A stretch of DNA of 32,000 nucleotides, from contig NZ_LN831039.1 in the NCBI RefSeq assembly GCF_001457595.1, positions 3,510,001 through 3,542,000 of the forward strand, read 5' to 3'. This stretch comes from Mycolicibacterium smegmatis. Its GTDB lineage: Bacteria > Actinomycetota > Actinomycetes > Mycobacteriales > Mycobacteriaceae. This document shows, in pieces, positions 7,230 to 17,755 of this stretch (its first letter is position 1; every line of letters starts with the position of its first letter). Below the pieces are notes generated by a model. That model made no database searches and was not told where the DNA came from. It worked only from the letters and a program-made list of their open reading frames with translations. The translations under genes were made by a program, and so were the position numbers.

Positions 7230-8159
7230 CTACCGGGCCGGCCCCGCATCGAGGTTGGCGCGCGCCCATTCCTCGGCGGTCGTCGTGGCGATGCCGCGGG
7301 CCTCGTTGAACGTGCCCGATTTCGGCCATGCGACGCCTTTGCCCTGCGCAAACGCCGCGCGGTACTTGGCCAGACCGTCGTCAGGACGACCAGCTAGCTC
7401 CTCCAGCAGGTACGCGACGGTCCATTCGTTGCGGGTCACGGGCACTCCCCTGACCTTCTCGACGATGTCGGCGAGTTCGCGGTAGGAAATCGTATCTCCT
7501 GCGACATAGACGACCTGGTTTGCGATACGCGGGCGGGTCTGGATGATTTCAGCGGTCAGGACACCGATGTCCTCCGGGGTGGTGACGGTGACCTCGGTGT
7601 CCCAACTGCCGAGCGCGTTCACGGTGTTGGCGGCGAGGTCGACAACCCCGAAGTCGGGCTCGAACAGGAAGCTGGTGAACATCCCCGTCGACACGATCAC
7701 CCATTCGGTGTCGTCCTGGGCGCGGAGCATGTCCCTGACGTCGAGTTGCTCGTCGAACAGATCCTGCGGGCTGCCATGACCGATCGCGTCATAGTCGACA
7801 CCGAACTGCCACGGAAAATACCGGGAAACACGCGCCGCCAGCGCTGCCTCGGTGATCTTCCGCTGAGTACCGGGCCCGGCCGCAAAACCGATGCAGCTCA
7901 CCACTGTGTCGTACCTGCTGAAGACAGCCGACAACTCCGACACCGTTGCCGTTGCCACGTCCGCCTGTTCTACCTTCGCGCCCAGCGCGGCCAGTTCGTC
8001 TCGCAGCCGGGCGTGCCGGGGAGTGCCGGACGGCCTCAGCAGTACTGTCACCTCGGGGGCATCGTCGCGCCGAATCAGCGCAGCGACAACACTGCCGCCG
8101 AGCTCGCCGGCGCCGATGACAAGAATTTCTTCATGGTCTGATGAGTGTGATGCGGTCAT
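7230..8159 (-). CDS. NmrA-like / isoflavone-reductase-like NAD(P)-binding oxidoreductase
   Basis: I start at ATG 8159, which forms an ATGA overlap with the upstream stop. ILVIGAGELGGSVVAAL is a Rossmann motif. The length and C-terminal pattern are typical of the NmrA/PCBER family. Confidence 0.75.
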   Translation of the reverse strand: MTASHSSDHEEILVIGAGELGGSVVAALIRRDDAPEVTVLLRPSGTPRHARLRDELAALGAKVEQADVATATVSELSAVFSRYDTVVSCIGFAAGPGTQRKITEAALAARVSRYFPWQFGVDYDAIGHGSPQDLFDEQLDVRDMLRAQDDTEWVIVSTGMFTSFLFEPDFGVVDLAANTVNALGSWDTEVTVTTPEDIGVLTAEIIQTRPRIANQVVYVAGDTISYRELADIVEKVRGVPVTRNEWTVAYLLEELAGRPDDGLAKYRAAFAQGKGVAWPKSGTFNEARGIATTTAEEWARANLDAGPAR

Positions 8160-8641
8160 ACCTGTTCTCTCGGTTGGTGTTCTGGGCTCAGCGCCGAGCC
8201 ATGTTCCCGGAAGATGCACCAGCGGTTACCATGTCGGCGAAGAGCCAGGGATGATCGGGTGGGAACGACTTCCACGTCGCCGTTGTCGAACTCGAACCGA
8301 CTGCGAAAACACACGTCCGCAACGGCAAGGTCACCCGATACGGCCACGTGCGGGCCATCGATGATGGTGTTGTCCAGCGCCACAAGCTTTGTCAACGTAC
8401 GGTCCCAGATGGCCGCATACGATGCAGCCGAGCGGCAGAGCGCGCGATCGGGATCGGCGTTGTCGTGGAGTAGGACGTCAGCGCTGTCCCAATCATAGAA
8501 GGAGTCGAGCAGGCGACGGAAGTTGAACGTCTCACCACGTTCCAGGTGCCAGCCGTCGGTGACCCACTGAGAGACGAAGGCACGAAGTCCAGCGAGGGTT
8601 TCCGTTGCGGCATCGTTGGGTTGTTCAGCCGAGGTCGTCAT
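8156..8641 (-). CDS. SnoaL-like / NTF2-fold family protein
   Basis: 161 aa from ATG 8641, beginning MTTSAEQPND. It forms ATGA overlaps with both neighbours (8638-8641 and 8156-8159). It is a small alpha+beta protein with the W..D/H..D pattern typical of NTF2-like proteins. The rest of the 414-aa ORF in the track is antisense to the MFS gene and is rejected. Confidence 0.6.
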   Translation of the reverse strand: MTTSAEQPNDAATETLAGLRAFVSQWVTDGWHLERGETFNFRRLLDSFYDWDSADVLLHDNADPDRALCRSAASYAAIWDRTLTKLVALDNTIIDGPHVAVSGDLAVADVCFRSRFEFDNGDVEVVPTRSSLALRRHGNRWCIFREHGSALSPEHQPREQV

Positions 8642-9978
8642 CCGATCACCTCCTGCGATCGAACACTGTTGCGGTGAGCCAGCACCCAGACGGACAGACC
8701 TGTGAGAACGCATCCTGCCATCATGTAGAGAGCCACACTCGGCCAGCCGAAACTCGACAGCAGCGCGGTGGCCGTCATCGGTGCGAATGCACCTCCGATC
8801 ACCGCGCCGCTCTGAATACCCAGCGAGACACCCGAGTACCGGACTTCGGTGGAGAAGGTCTCGGCGAAGAATGCCGGCTGTACTCCGTACATCAGGCTGT
8901 GGAGCACGCCCAGTCCGACCACCATCGCCACGGTGATGAACCAGAACTGCCCGGTCTGGACGAGCATCCAGAAGGGAAGGGCGAACACCGCCAGCCCGAA
9001 CGCTCCACACAGGTACACCCGGGACCGCCCGATCCGGTCCGACACCGCACCGGCCAGTGGCAGCGCCAGCACCTGCCCGGTGGATCCGATGAGAACAGCG
9101 GCCAGCATGGTGCTCTGTGACAGGCCGAGAGTGCTGGTCCCGTAGGAGATCACGAATGTGATGAACAAGTAGTAGGTCAGATTGATTCCGATGTAGCTTC
9201 CGGCGGTCAGTGCCACCTCGGCCGGGTAGGTGCGAAGCACCGTCCAGACGGGTGAGCGCGTCTTTGTGACCACGACGGGCGCAGACTGTCGGAGTTCTTG
9301 CAGTCGCCGGAAGGACGGGGTGTCCTCGAGTTTGACGTGAACGTACAGGGCCAGACCGACCAGGATGAGACTCATCAGGAACGGGAGGCGCCAGGCCCAT
9401 TCAATGAGTGCCTCGGCGGAAACGCAGGCTGTCAACAGCAGGAAGATCACGTTGGCCAGCAGCACGCCGCCGGGGGCGCCCAGTGATGAGAAGCTGCCGT
9501 AGAACCCCCGTCGGCGGGGTGGTGCGGCTTCGACGGCCAGCAGCACCACTCCCCCCATCTGCCCGCCGATGGCGATGCCCTGCACGAACCTCAGCACGGT
9601 GAGTGCTACGGGTGCGAGAACGCCCACGGAGGCGTAGGTCGGCAGGACACCGATGGCGGTTGAGGCGATGCCCATGGCGATCAGGGCGATCACCAGTGTC
9701 TTCTTCCTGCCGATGAGGTCACCGAAGTGTCCGAACACCACGCCTCCCAGAGGTCGGGCCAAGAACCCGATCCCAAAGGTGCCGAACGACAGCAGAACTC
9801 CTGTGACAGAGCTCATCTCGGGGAAGAAGACGGCCGGGAAGACCAGCGCGGCCGCCAAACCGTAGATGAAGAAGTCGTAATACTCGATGCTCGCGGCGGT
9901 GGCCGCGATCGCGGCCACCCGGGTGACGTCGCGGTCGAGCACGTCGATCTCGTCGAGGTGCTGTTTCGGTGAAGTCAC
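8638..9978 (-). CDS. MFS transporter, metabolite:H+ symporter (MHS) family
   Basis: IEYYDFFIYGLAAALVFPAVFF is the MHS signature, with about 12 hydrophobic segments. My preferred start is GTG 9978, 7 nt after the ALDH stop. The alternative ATG 10077 would overlap the ALDH gene by 92 nt. Confidence 0.8.
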   Translation of the reverse strand: MTSPKQHLDEIDVLDRDVTRVAAIAATAASIEYYDFFIYGLAAALVFPAVFFPEMSSVTGVLLSFGTFGIGFLARPLGGVVFGHFGDLIGRKKTLVIALIAMGIASTAIGVLPTYASVGVLAPVALTVLRFVQGIAIGGQMGGVVLLAVEAAPPRRRGFYGSFSSLGAPGGVLLANVIFLLLTACVSAEALIEWAWRLPFLMSLILVGLALYVHVKLEDTPSFRRLQELRQSAPVVVTKTRSPVWTVLRTYPAEVALTAGSYIGINLTYYLFITFVISYGTSTLGLSQSTMLAAVLIGSTGQVLALPLAGAVSDRIGRSRVYLCGAFGLAVFALPFWMLVQTGQFWFITVAMVVGLGVLHSLMYGVQPAFFAETFSTEVRYSGVSLGIQSGAVIGGAFAPMTATALLSSFGWPSVALYMMAGCVLTGLSVWVLAHRNSVRSQEVIG

Positions 9979-9985
9979 GACAGTT

Positions 9986-11539
9986 TCACCCGGCCACGGC
10001 GATGACCTTGGTTTCCAGGAACTCCTGGAAACCCTCGACGCCGGATTCGCGGCCGAGACCGGACTCTTTGTATCCACCGGACGGCACGTCGTGCCCGTAG
10101 AAGAAGCCTCCGTTCACGGCGACCATGCCGCTGCGGATCCGGCGGGCGACGGTGACCGCAGCGTCCTCGTCGCCCCACACGTAGCCGGCCAGGCCATAGG
10201 ACGTGTTGTTGGCGATGTCGATGGCGTGTTCCACATTGTCGTAGGGAATCATCGCGAGCACGGGACCGAAGATCTCTCGCTGCGCGATGGTCGAGTGCGG
10301 ATCGACATCGGCGAACAGAGTTGGCTCGACGAAGAATCCGCCGCCGAAGCCGTCGGGGATCCTCCCGCCGGTGAGCAAGGTCGCTCCTTCAGCGACACCT
10401 TGCGCGATCAAACCCAGCACACGATCCTGCTGTACCTTGCTGATCTGAGGCCCCTGTACGATGCCGGGATCGGTGGGGTCGCCGAAAGGCATGTGCTCGA
10501 ATGTGATCCGCGCCAGTTCCCTGGCCTCGTCATAGCGTGAGCGCGGCACCAGCAACCGCGTGGGCAGCACGCACCCCTGACCGGCGTTCATGCAGACCAC
10601 CCCTGCTGCCTGCGGCACGATCTGGGTGAAATCTGCGTCTTCGAGCAAGATGTTGGCCGACTTGCCACCGAGTTCGAGCGCCACACGGGCCACACGCCCC
10701 GACGCGTCCGCCATCAGCTTCTTGCCGACCGCGGTGGAACCCGTGAAGTGCACCAGATCCACTCGCGGATCGACGGCGAGGCGTTCGGCAACTGCGTTGT
10801 CCGACGGTGTCACGACGTTGATGACACCGGCCGGGATATCGGTCTTCTCGGCGATCAATCTCGCCAACAAGGTGGCATGCCAGGGTGTTTGAAAGGCCGG
10901 CTTGAGGACCACGGTGGCGCCCGCCGCCAGTGCCGGCAAGATCTTGGTCATCGCGGTCTGCAGCGGGAAGTTCCACGGTGTGATCGCCGCAACCACGCCG
11001 ATCGGTTCTTGACGGATCACATGGCGGGTGCCTGACGCCCACGGGCGGTCCGGCATCGTGTGTTCGTATTCGAAGTTGGTGGCCATGTCGGCCCAATACG
11101 GTATGGACGAGATCGGCCAGTCCGAGTGGAACGTGTTGGTCGTCCGCACCGCCACTCCGATCTCGGCCACCGCGGTGGCCCGGAACTGATCGGCGGATTC
11201 GGCCATGGCCTTGTGCAACTGCAGTAAGCAGTGGCGCCGGAACTCCGCGTCGTGTGGCCAGCTCGATTCATCGAAGGCCCGCCTGGCGGCGTCGATGGCA
11301 CGGTCGACGTCGGCGGCGCCGGCATCGGCAACGGCCCCGATCACCTGCCCGGTTGCCGGGTTGACGTTGTCGAACGTCTTTCCGTCGGAGGCGGTGACGA
11401 GTTCGCCGGCGATGAGCATCGCCTCCTCGCCGTGCACGCCCCGCTTCAGGGCCGCCATGGTGGAGTCAGTGGGATCTTGCGCACCCCACAGCCCGCCGAG
11501 CACGCGCTTGAGTTCGATCAGATCGAAGCTTGTTGTCAT
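9986..11539 (-). CDS. NAD(P)+-dependent aldehyde dehydrogenase
   Basis: 517 aa. Motifs are FDNVNPATG, WNFPL, ELGGKSA and NAGQGC (catalytic Cys). A GAGGAA RBS lies 6 nt before ATG 11539. Confidence 0.9.
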   Translation of the reverse strand: MTTSFDLIELKRVLGGLWGAQDPTDSTMAALKRGVHGEEAMLIAGELVTASDGKTFDNVNPATGQVIGAVADAGAADVDRAIDAARRAFDESSWPHDAEFRRHCLLQLHKAMAESADQFRATAVAEIGVAVRTTNTFHSDWPISSIPYWADMATNFEYEHTMPDRPWASGTRHVIRQEPIGVVAAITPWNFPLQTAMTKILPALAAGATVVLKPAFQTPWHATLLARLIAEKTDIPAGVINVVTPSDNAVAERLAVDPRVDLVHFTGSTAVGKKLMADASGRVARVALELGGKSANILLEDADFTQIVPQAAGVVCMNAGQGCVLPTRLLVPRSRYDEARELARITFEHMPFGDPTDPGIVQGPQISKVQQDRVLGLIAQGVAEGATLLTGGRIPDGFGGGFFVEPTLFADVDPHSTIAQREIFGPVLAMIPYDNVEHAIDIANNTSYGLAGYVWGDEDAAVTVARRIRSGMVAVNGGFFYGHDVPSGGYKESGLGRESGVEGFQEFLETKVIAVAG

Positions 11540-11548
11540 GTGGGTTCC

Positions 11549-12667
11549 TCAGGCTTCCGGATCGTGGATGATGACGCCGCGGATGTTGACGCCGGCGCGT
11601 AGGTCGTCGTAGCCCTGGTTGATGTCTTCCAGGCGGTAGCGGGTGGTGATCAGCTCGTCCAGCTTCAGCTTTCCCTCGTCGTAGAGGCGCAGCAGACGGA
11701 CTATGTCGTACTGCGGATTCGACGATCCGAACAGACATCCTTTGATGGTCTTCTCCATCAAGGTCATCTCCATCCCGGAGACATGAACAGTCAGCTTGGC
11801 CGGGTCGGCAAGGCTGGCGAGGCTCACGGTGCCACCTTTGCCGATGACGTTGAACGCATCGCTCACCACTTTCTCGTCCGGTGTCCCGACGAAGATCAAA
11901 GCGCCGTCCGCCATCTGACCCCAGGTGATCTCGCGAACGGCCTCATGGGCCTCCTCTGCGGTGGCGAACGCGTGTGTTGCGCCGAACTTCAGCGCCATAT
12001 CCCGTTTGAATTCGACCGGATCGACCGCGACGACGTACCTGGCACCGGCCATCACCGCGCCTTGAATCGCGTTGATACCCAAACCGCCGATGCCATAGAT
12101 CACTGCGGTGTCACCGGGCCGGATGCCGTTGTTGTACACGGGCCCACCCCAGCCGGCGGGTACACCGCATCCGACCAGCACCGCAGTCTCCAGGGGTATC
12201 CACTCGTCGACTTTGACGACGGAGTGCTGAGACACAGTGGTGCGTTCGGCGAAACTCCCCAGGAGGCAGAGGCTTCCGTAATCGACACCGTCTTTGTGGA
12301 AGCGAAAGGTGCCGTCGGGGAAACGTCCGTCGAGAATCGTCGCTCCCATGTCACAGAGGTTCGAACGGCCGGTCGCGCAGTATCGGCAGGTGCCGCAGTT
12401 GGGGATGTAGCTGCACACCACGTGGTCGCCCGGTTTCACCTTGGTGACGCCGGGTCCGACGTCCTCGACGATGGCCGATCCCTCGTGCCCACCGACGATC
12501 GGGTACCTCGGGGGCATGTCTCCGTCGGTCAGGTGCAGATCGGAGTGACACAGACCGGCGGCGACGTTCTTGAGCAGGACCTCACCCTCTTTGGGGCCGT
12601 CGAGCTCGAGCTCCATGATTTCGAACGGTCTGTTCACCCCGAGGCTCACGGCGGCTTTGGTTTTCAT
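11549..12667 (-). CDS. Zn-dependent alcohol dehydrogenase (NDMA-dependent/nicotinoprotein-like subgroup)
   Basis: I start at ATG 12667, preceded by a [51 protein letters not shown] is an MDR zinc-ADH pattern. The extended start at 12817 is rejected. Confidence 0.85.
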   Translation of the reverse strand: MKTKAAVSLGVNRPFEIMELELDGPKEGEVLLKNVAAGLCHSDLHLTDGDMPPRYPIVGGHEGSAIVEDVGPGVTKVKPGDHVVCSYIPNCGTCRYCATGRSNLCDMGATILDGRFPDGTFRFHKDGVDYGSLCLLGSFAERTTVSQHSVVKVDEWIPLETAVLVGCGVPAGWGGPVYNNGIRPGDTAVIYGIGGLGINAIQGAVMAGARYVVAVDPVEFKRDMALKFGATHAFATAEEAHEAVREITWGQMADGALIFVGTPDEKVVSDAFNVIGKGGTVSLASLADPAKLTVHVSGMEMTLMEKTIKGCLFGSSNPQYDIVRLLRLYDEGKLKLDELITTRYRLEDINQGYDDLRAGVNIRGVIIHDPEA

Positions 12668-12830
12668 CTCGGACGGTTCCTTCCACGAAATTTTGTGACG
12701 AGAACACCGAAGCGGTGGAAAGCCAATCGGCCGACGGTCGTGCGAAGTGAACATCGCCGGACCCAGGAGGTCGATGTGGCTGGGATCACTATGCACGATC
12801 GTGTCATTGGTGCGCAATAGCGGTCCTCTT

Positions 12831-12844
12831 TACGTAATTACGTA
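12831..12844. promoter_or_regulatory. Operator O1: perfect 14-bp palindrome TACGTAATTACGTA
   Basis: Read directly from the sequence. It lies in the 300-bp divergent intergenic region, 164 nt upstream of the ADH start. Confidence 0.6.
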
Positions 12845-12881
12845 TCGATCTGTCATGTCGCGCCGAGGGGTCTCGGTCAAC

Positions 12882-12895
12882 TATGTAATTACGTA
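12882..12895. promoter_or_regulatory. Operator O2: TATGTAATTACGTA, a 13/14 match to O1
   Basis: Read directly from the sequence. It is 51 bp from O1 (start to start, about 5 helical turns) and 73 nt upstream of the ThDP-enzyme ATG. Confidence 0.55.
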
Positions 12896-12967
12896 ACTAA
12901 ACACGTTATTGCGAAATTCCCGCGAACGTGCCAGAGTGATGTGGAGCACTCCGGGAGAAAGGCGGAC

Positions 12968-14587
12968 ATGAAGGTCTACGAGCAGGTGGCCAGACAGCTG
13001 TCCGGGCATTCGGTGGACACGGTGTTCGGGCTCCTCGGTGACGCAAACATGTACGTCTGCAGCGCATTCGAGGCGGCGGGCGGCCGGTTGGTGCGGACGT
13101 CACACGAGGCCGGCGCCGTCAGCATGGCCGATACGTACGCACGAATGACCGGCCGGTGGGGAGTCGCCGCGGTCACCCACGGGCCTGGCCTCACCAACGC
13201 GCTCACGCCGCTCGTCGAAGCCGCTCGCTTCCCGAGTCCAATTCTGCTGATCACGGGTGACACCCCGGCCGAAGCGACCCATATGCAGCGCCTCGACATC
13301 GCCGCGCTCTGCGCATCGGTGGGGGTGACCCACGAGAGGATCCACCGGCCGGACACTGTGCGCCGCGACTTCGCCCGCGCCGTGCAACGCCTCAAATCGA
13401 CGAATGCTCCTGTTGTGCTCAACGTTCCGCTACCGGTCAGCCTGTCGGACGTTGATTCACCGGACACCGTCTCGATCCCGTCCGCGGCCTGGGCGCCGTC
13501 GGCGCCGCATACCGACGAAGAGGCGCTGGACGCCGCCTTGGGGCTCGCAGCGTCTGCATCGCGCCCGGTGGTTGTCGCGGGGCGAGGTGTGATCGAAAGT
13601 GGCGCAGAAGCTTCGGTTCTCGACCTGGTCGAGGCGCTCGACGCGGGCCTGTTCACAAGCGGACTCGGTCTCGGCCTGTTCACCGGACATCCGCGTCATC
13701 TCGGGATCATGGGCAGCATCGGCCACGACGAGGCCACTCAGGTGCTCGCCGACAGCGACTGTGTGATCGCGGTCGGCGCCAGCCTGAACAAGTACACGAG
13801 TTTCGGCGGTGAGCTCTTCGAGGGTAAGTCGCTCATCCAGATCGACCGCGACCCAGTGAAACTGGGCTGGTTCGTCACCCCGACCTGCGTGGTCGCCGGA
13901 GATGCGCGAGCGGTCACCGCGTTGATGGCCGACAACATCCGGGAGGGGCAACTGCCCGAGAAGAAACAGTGGAGACAGCGGTGTCACGAGGCATCGGCTG
14001 CCATGGCGCAGTGGACACCGCCCGACGATCGGACCGGCACCGACACCCTCGACATCCGCGTCGCCACCCAGCATCTCGACGCTCTGCTCCCCCCGGGCTG
14101 CGCCATCATCAGCGACGTCGGCCGGTTCATCGCCGGGTCCTGGCCGTACATCACCAAGGCCACGCCCGGAAAGTTCACGGCGATGACGGGGTTCGGCTCC
14201 ATTGGTCTGGGGCTCGCCGGAGGGATCGGCGCTGCGGTCAGCGATGTCAGCGACGTGACCGTGGTCCTCGTCGGGGACGGCGGATTCATGATGAACGTCT
14301 CCGAACTCGCCACGGCAGTTCGCGAGAGGTTGCCCATGGTCATCGTGGTGTACAACGACGGTGCGTACGGCGCCGAGTACCAGAAGCTCGTCAATGAAGG
14401 CTTTCCCGCACACCACTCGTACAACGAGTGGCCCGACATCGCGCGAACAGCCGCCGGAATGGGCTGCCGCGCCTTGACGATTCGCAAGCCCGAGGACTTC
14501 GAGTCCGTCGGAGAAGCGATCACCCGGCTGTCCGGGCCCCTCGTGCTCGACATCCGTCTCGATCCGACCCACCACCTGAACTTCTGA
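12968..14587 (+). CDS. Thiamine-diphosphate-dependent enzyme (ALS/POX/BFD/oxalyl-CoA decarboxylase superfamily)
   Basis: I start at ATG 12968, preceded by a GGGAGAAAGG RBS. SHEAGAVSMADTYAR carries the catalytic Glu. GDGGFMMNVSELATAVRERLPMVIVVYNDG is the GDG-X-N(D/N) ThDP/Mg motif. 539 aa. Confidence 0.85.
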   Translation: MKVYEQVARQLSGHSVDTVFGLLGDANMYVCSAFEAAGGRLVRTSHEAGAVSMADTYARMTGRWGVAAVTHGPGLTNALTPLVEAARFPSPILLITGDTPAEATHMQRLDIAALCASVGVTHERIHRPDTVRRDFARAVQRLKSTNAPVVLNVPLPVSLSDVDSPDTVSIPSAAWAPSAPHTDEEALDAALGLAASASRPVVVAGRGVIESGAEASVLDLVEALDAGLFTSGLGLGLFTGHPRHLGIMGSIGHDEATQVLADSDCVIAVGASLNKYTSFGGELFEGKSLIQIDRDPVKLGWFVTPTCVVAGDARAVTALMADNIREGQLPEKKQWRQRCHEASAAMAQWTPPDDRTGTDTLDIRVATQHLDALLPPGCAIISDVGRFIAGSWPYITKATPGKFTAMTGFGSIGLGLAGGIGAAVSDVSDVTVVLVGDGGFMMNVSELATAVRERLPMVIVVYNDGAYGAEYQKLVNEGFPAHHSYNEWPDIARTAAGMGCRALTIRKPEDFESVGEAITRLSGPLVLDIRLDPTHHLNF

Positions 14588-14601
14588 AGGGACCACCCAC
14601 C

Positions 14602-15375
14602 GTGACCGCTCCCCTGCGCATCGATCGAGCCGGCCGGGTCCAGACCTGGACCATCGACGTCCCGGATGCGGCCAATGCCATCACCGGTTCCGATTTCATC
14701 GACGCCTTCGACGCCGCCGTCGATGCCGCGAACGCCGACACCGACATCTCTGTGGTGATTCTCACCGGTGCCGGGCGCTTCTTCTCCGCGGGCGGAAACG
14801 TCCGTGACATGCGAGACCGCACAGGGGTTTTCGGACTGGGTCCGCTTGACCAACGGCATGGTTACACGTCGGGCATCCAGCGTGTCCCGCGCGCCCTGCA
14901 GCGCTGTGAAGTTCCGGTCATCGCCGCGGTGAACGGAGCGGCGATCGGTGCGGGATGTGACCTCGCCGTCATGTGCGATCTGCGCATCGCCGCGGAAAGT
15001 GCCTTCTTCGCAGAGAGTTTCGTGCAGCTGGGGTTGATTCCAGGCGACGGTGGTACGTGGTTCCTGCCTCGCGCGGTGGGCTGGGCACGCGCTGCGGAGA
15101 TGACGTTGACCGGCGACCGCGTGGATGCTGCCACGGCGTTGTCGTGGGGCCTTGTGAATGAGGTGCTGAGTGACGACGAGCTGTTGCCCGCCGCTCACCG
15201 ACTCGCCGAACGCATAGCGAAGAACCCCGCGCCTGCAGTCCGGATGGCGAAGCGGCTTCTCCTCGAGTCCCGCACGGCATCGCTGGACTCGACGCTGGCG
15301 CTGGCGGCTGCCCTGCAGCCGCTCGCCCATCAGGATCCCGAGCATCACCGCCGCGTCGCCGAACTGACGCGCTGA
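14602..15375 (+). CDS. Enoyl-CoA hydratase/isomerase (crotonase) family protein
   Basis: I start at GTG 14602. VVILTGAGRFFSAGGNV and AAVNGAAIGAGCDLAVMCDLRIA are crotonase oxyanion-hole blocks. Confidence 0.85.
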   Translation: MTAPLRIDRAGRVQTWTIDVPDAANAITGSDFIDAFDAAVDAANADTDISVVILTGAGRFFSAGGNVRDMRDRTGVFGLGPLDQRHGYTSGIQRVPRALQRCEVPVIAAVNGAAIGAGCDLAVMCDLRIAAESAFFAESFVQLGLIPGDGGTWFLPRAVGWARAAEMTLTGDRVDAATALSWGLVNEVLSDDELLPAAHRLAERIAKNPAPAVRMAKRLLLESRTASLDSTLALAAALQPLAHQDPEHHRRVAELTR

Positions 15376-15392
15376 CAGAATCGAGTGAGGAT

Positions 15393-16625
15393 TTGACAGG
15401 CAACACAACAGACTTCAGCTGTCCGGCGGTGGCGCCGGGTGCCCTGGACGGCGTCACCGTCCTGGACCTGACAACGGTGGTGATGGGCCCGTTCGCCACC
15501 TCGATGCTCGGTGACCTCGGGGCTGAGGTCATCAAGGTCGAGGCGCTCGACGGTGACATCACACGGCGCATGGGCCCGCAGCGCAATCCCGGTATGACCG
15601 CCTTGACACTGGGTTTGCAGCGGAACAAGCGCAGCATCGCATTGGACCTCAAAACCGCTGAAGGAAAAGAGGTTCTGGCACGACTGGTGCGTGAATCCGA
15701 CGTCGTCGTCTCCAATTTGCGGCCCCAGTCACGTGAGGACCTCGGGCTCAGCTACCCGGCCCTCCGCGCGATCCGCGCGGATGTGATCCTGTGCACCGCC
15801 CAGGCCTACGCCGAGGCGAGCCCACAACGCAACGAGCCCGCCTACGACGACATGGTGCAGGCCGCATCCGGGCTGACCTCTCTGGTCGAGGCCGTCGACG
15901 GTGTTCCCCGCTACGCGCCCTATGTCATCGCGGACAAGGTGAGTGGGCTCTACATCGTGATCGCGGTGCTCAGCGCATTGATGCACCGTGCAGCGACCGG
16001 CTCCGGCCAGCACGTCGAGGTGCCCATGGTCGACGCGATGGTCCACTTCAACCTCGTGGAGCATCTCAGTGGGCAGACATTCGCACCGCCGGCCGGGGAT
16101 TTCGGCTGGAAACGGGTGCTGGTCCCGGAGCGTGCCCCCTACCGGACGTCTGACGGATACGTCTGCATCCTGCCCTACACCGACGCCAACTGGCGGGGCT
16201 TCTTCACGCTCACCGGGCTGACGGACCTCCTGACCGACCCCAGGTTCACCGACGTCGACAAGCGACATCAGAACATGGGTTACCTCCACTCCATGATCAG
16301 CCGGATCACGCCGCAGCGCTCAACACAGGAATGGCTGGATCTGTGCCGGGACAACGACATTCCTGCTGCGCGTCCCCTCGACCTGACCCGTGTCACCGAA
16401 GACTCGTACGTGATGGATCACGGTGTGCTGCAGCGAAACAGTCATCCCACCGAGGGTGATTACTTCAGCGCCCTGACGCCCCTGCGGATGAGCGGGTCGC
16501 CTGTGAGCCTTCGCCGCCATGCCCCCATATTGGGTGCCCACACCGCAGAGGTGTTGTCCGAGCTGGGGTACACCGACGACGAGATCACCAGCCTGTCCGA
16601 CAACGCAGTGGTGGTGATCAAATGA
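15393..16625 (+). CDS. Family III CoA-transferase (CaiB/BaiF/Frc type)
   Basis: Blocks are LDGVTVLDLTTVVMGPFATSMLGDLGAEVIKVE, QRNKRSIALDLK and NLRP. The start is uncertain: TTG 15393 sits very close to GAGGA, and GTG 15429 is an alternative. Confidence 0.85.
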   Translation: MTGNTTDFSCPAVAPGALDGVTVLDLTTVVMGPFATSMLGDLGAEVIKVEALDGDITRRMGPQRNPGMTALTLGLQRNKRSIALDLKTAEGKEVLARLVRESDVVVSNLRPQSREDLGLSYPALRAIRADVILCTAQAYAEASPQRNEPAYDDMVQAASGLTSLVEAVDGVPRYAPYVIADKVSGLYIVIAVLSALMHRAATGSGQHVEVPMVDAMVHFNLVEHLSGQTFAPPAGDFGWKRVLVPERAPYRTSDGYVCILPYTDANWRGFFTLTGLTDLLTDPRFTDVDKRHQNMGYLHSMISRITPQRSTQEWLDLCRDNDIPAARPLDLTRVTEDSYVMDHGVLQRNSHPTEGDYFSALTPLRMSGSPVSLRRHAPILGAHTAEVLSELGYTDDEITSLSDNAVVVIK

Positions 16626-17755
16626 CTGCTCCCACGATGTCCGCGGTCGTACCCGATCCTGCGTGGCGGGACCTGCGGCAGCAGGTTCGCAGTTTCCTCG
16701 CCGACCAACTCGCGGCGCACCGGTTCGAGCCAGGTATCGACGGCTGGCTCACCGGATGGTCCGACACCTTCAGCCGGTCGCTTGCCCAGCAGGGCTGGGT
16801 CGGCATGACGATTCCCCGTCAGTACGGTGGGCACGGGCGCAGCCACTTCGAGCGCTTCGTCGTCACGGAGGAACTTCTGATCGCCGGGGCCCCGGTGGCG
16901 GCGCACTGGATCGCCGACCGCCAGGTGGCGCCGTCGCTGCTGCGATATGGCACCGAGGAACAGAAGAAAGAGCTGCTGCCGGAGATCGCCGCCGCCCGGT
17001 GCACGTTCGCGATCGGCATGAGTGAGCCCGACTCGGGCTCCGACCTGGCGAGCGTGCGTACCCGCGCCGTCCCCGTCGACGGCGGTTGGCTCCTCAATGG
17101 CACCAAGGTCTGGACGTCCGGAGCGCACCACGCCGCCAAGATCCTCGTTCTGGCCCGCACCAGCGGCAGCCACGGCGACCGTCATCGGGGACTCTCGCAG
17201 CTCGTCGTCGATCTCCGGGCGCCAGGCGTCGAGATCGTGCCGATCGAGTCGCTCGACGGTGGCCATCACTTCAACGAAGTGGTGTTCACGGATTGTTTCG
17301 TCCCGGCCGAAGGCCTGCTCGGCGCCGAGGGGCAGGGCTGGAAGCAGGTGACAGCGGAGCTCGGCTTCGAACGCAGCGGACCCGAGCGGTTCCTGTCGAC
17401 CGCACTGGTGGTGCGGCTGTTGATCGAACATGTCACCCGCGGCGAAATCAGCCCGGAACCGGTGCTGGGGCAGTTTCTGGCCCGGCTGCACGGGCTGCAC
17501 CAGATGTCGCTGTCGGTCGCCGCCGCACTCGACCGCGGCGAGAACGCCGATGCGGCCGCGGCGATGGTTAAGATGCTCGGCACCGCCACCGAGGGCGATC
17601 TCGTACAAACTGCCGACTATCTCACCGCGACACTGTCGGGCCCTCTGCGTGACGCCGTGACGTGGGCGACCGTGCAAAGGCCGGGATTCACGTTGCGCGG
17701 CGGCACAAACGAGGTTCTCGCAGGCGTGATCGCGAGAGGATTGGGGTTGCGATGA
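16622..17755 (+). CDS. Acyl-CoA dehydrogenase family protein (first of an adjacent pair)
   Basis: 377 aa. FAIGMSEPDSGSDLASVRTRA and NGTKVWTSGAHHA are ACAD middle-domain blocks. It forms an ATGA overlap with the CoA-transferase gene. Confidence 0.85.
   Translation: MTAPTMSAVVPDPAWRDLRQQVRSFLADQLAAHRFEPGIDGWLTGWSDTFSRSLAQQGWVGMTIPRQYGGHGRSHFERFVVTEELLIAGAPVAAHWIADRQVAPSLLRYGTEEQKKELLPEIAAARCTFAIGMSEPDSGSDLASVRTRAVPVDGGWLLNGTKVWTSGAHHAAKILVLARTSGSHGDRHRGLSQLVVDLRAPGVEIVPIESLDGGHHFNEVVFTDCFVPAEGLLGAEGQGWKQVTAELGFERSGPERFLSTALVVRLLIEHVTRGEISPEPVLGQFLARLHGLHQMSLSVAAALDRGENADAAAAMVKMLGTATEGDLVQTADYLTATLSGPLRDAVTWATVQRPGFTLRGGTNEVLAGVIARGLGLR

Noticed and set aside
6756-7397. The 213-aa plus-strand ORF taken at face value as an intact gene.
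   Set aside because: Only the first ~80 residues resemble SRPBCC. Beyond about 6990 the frame runs antisense through a small membrane-protein ORF and the NmrA-like gene, with non-protein-like composition. I treated it as a truncated remnant.
12968-16625. A simple oxalate-degradation pair (oxc/frc), inferred from ThDP enzyme plus family III CoA-transferase.
   Set aside because: The two genes are separated by a crotonase gene and are embedded with two ACADs, a cupin, an SDR and an ADH/ALDH operon. That is not the oxc-frc context. I cannot verify Oxc-specific residues by eye, so I kept this only as mechanistic precedent.
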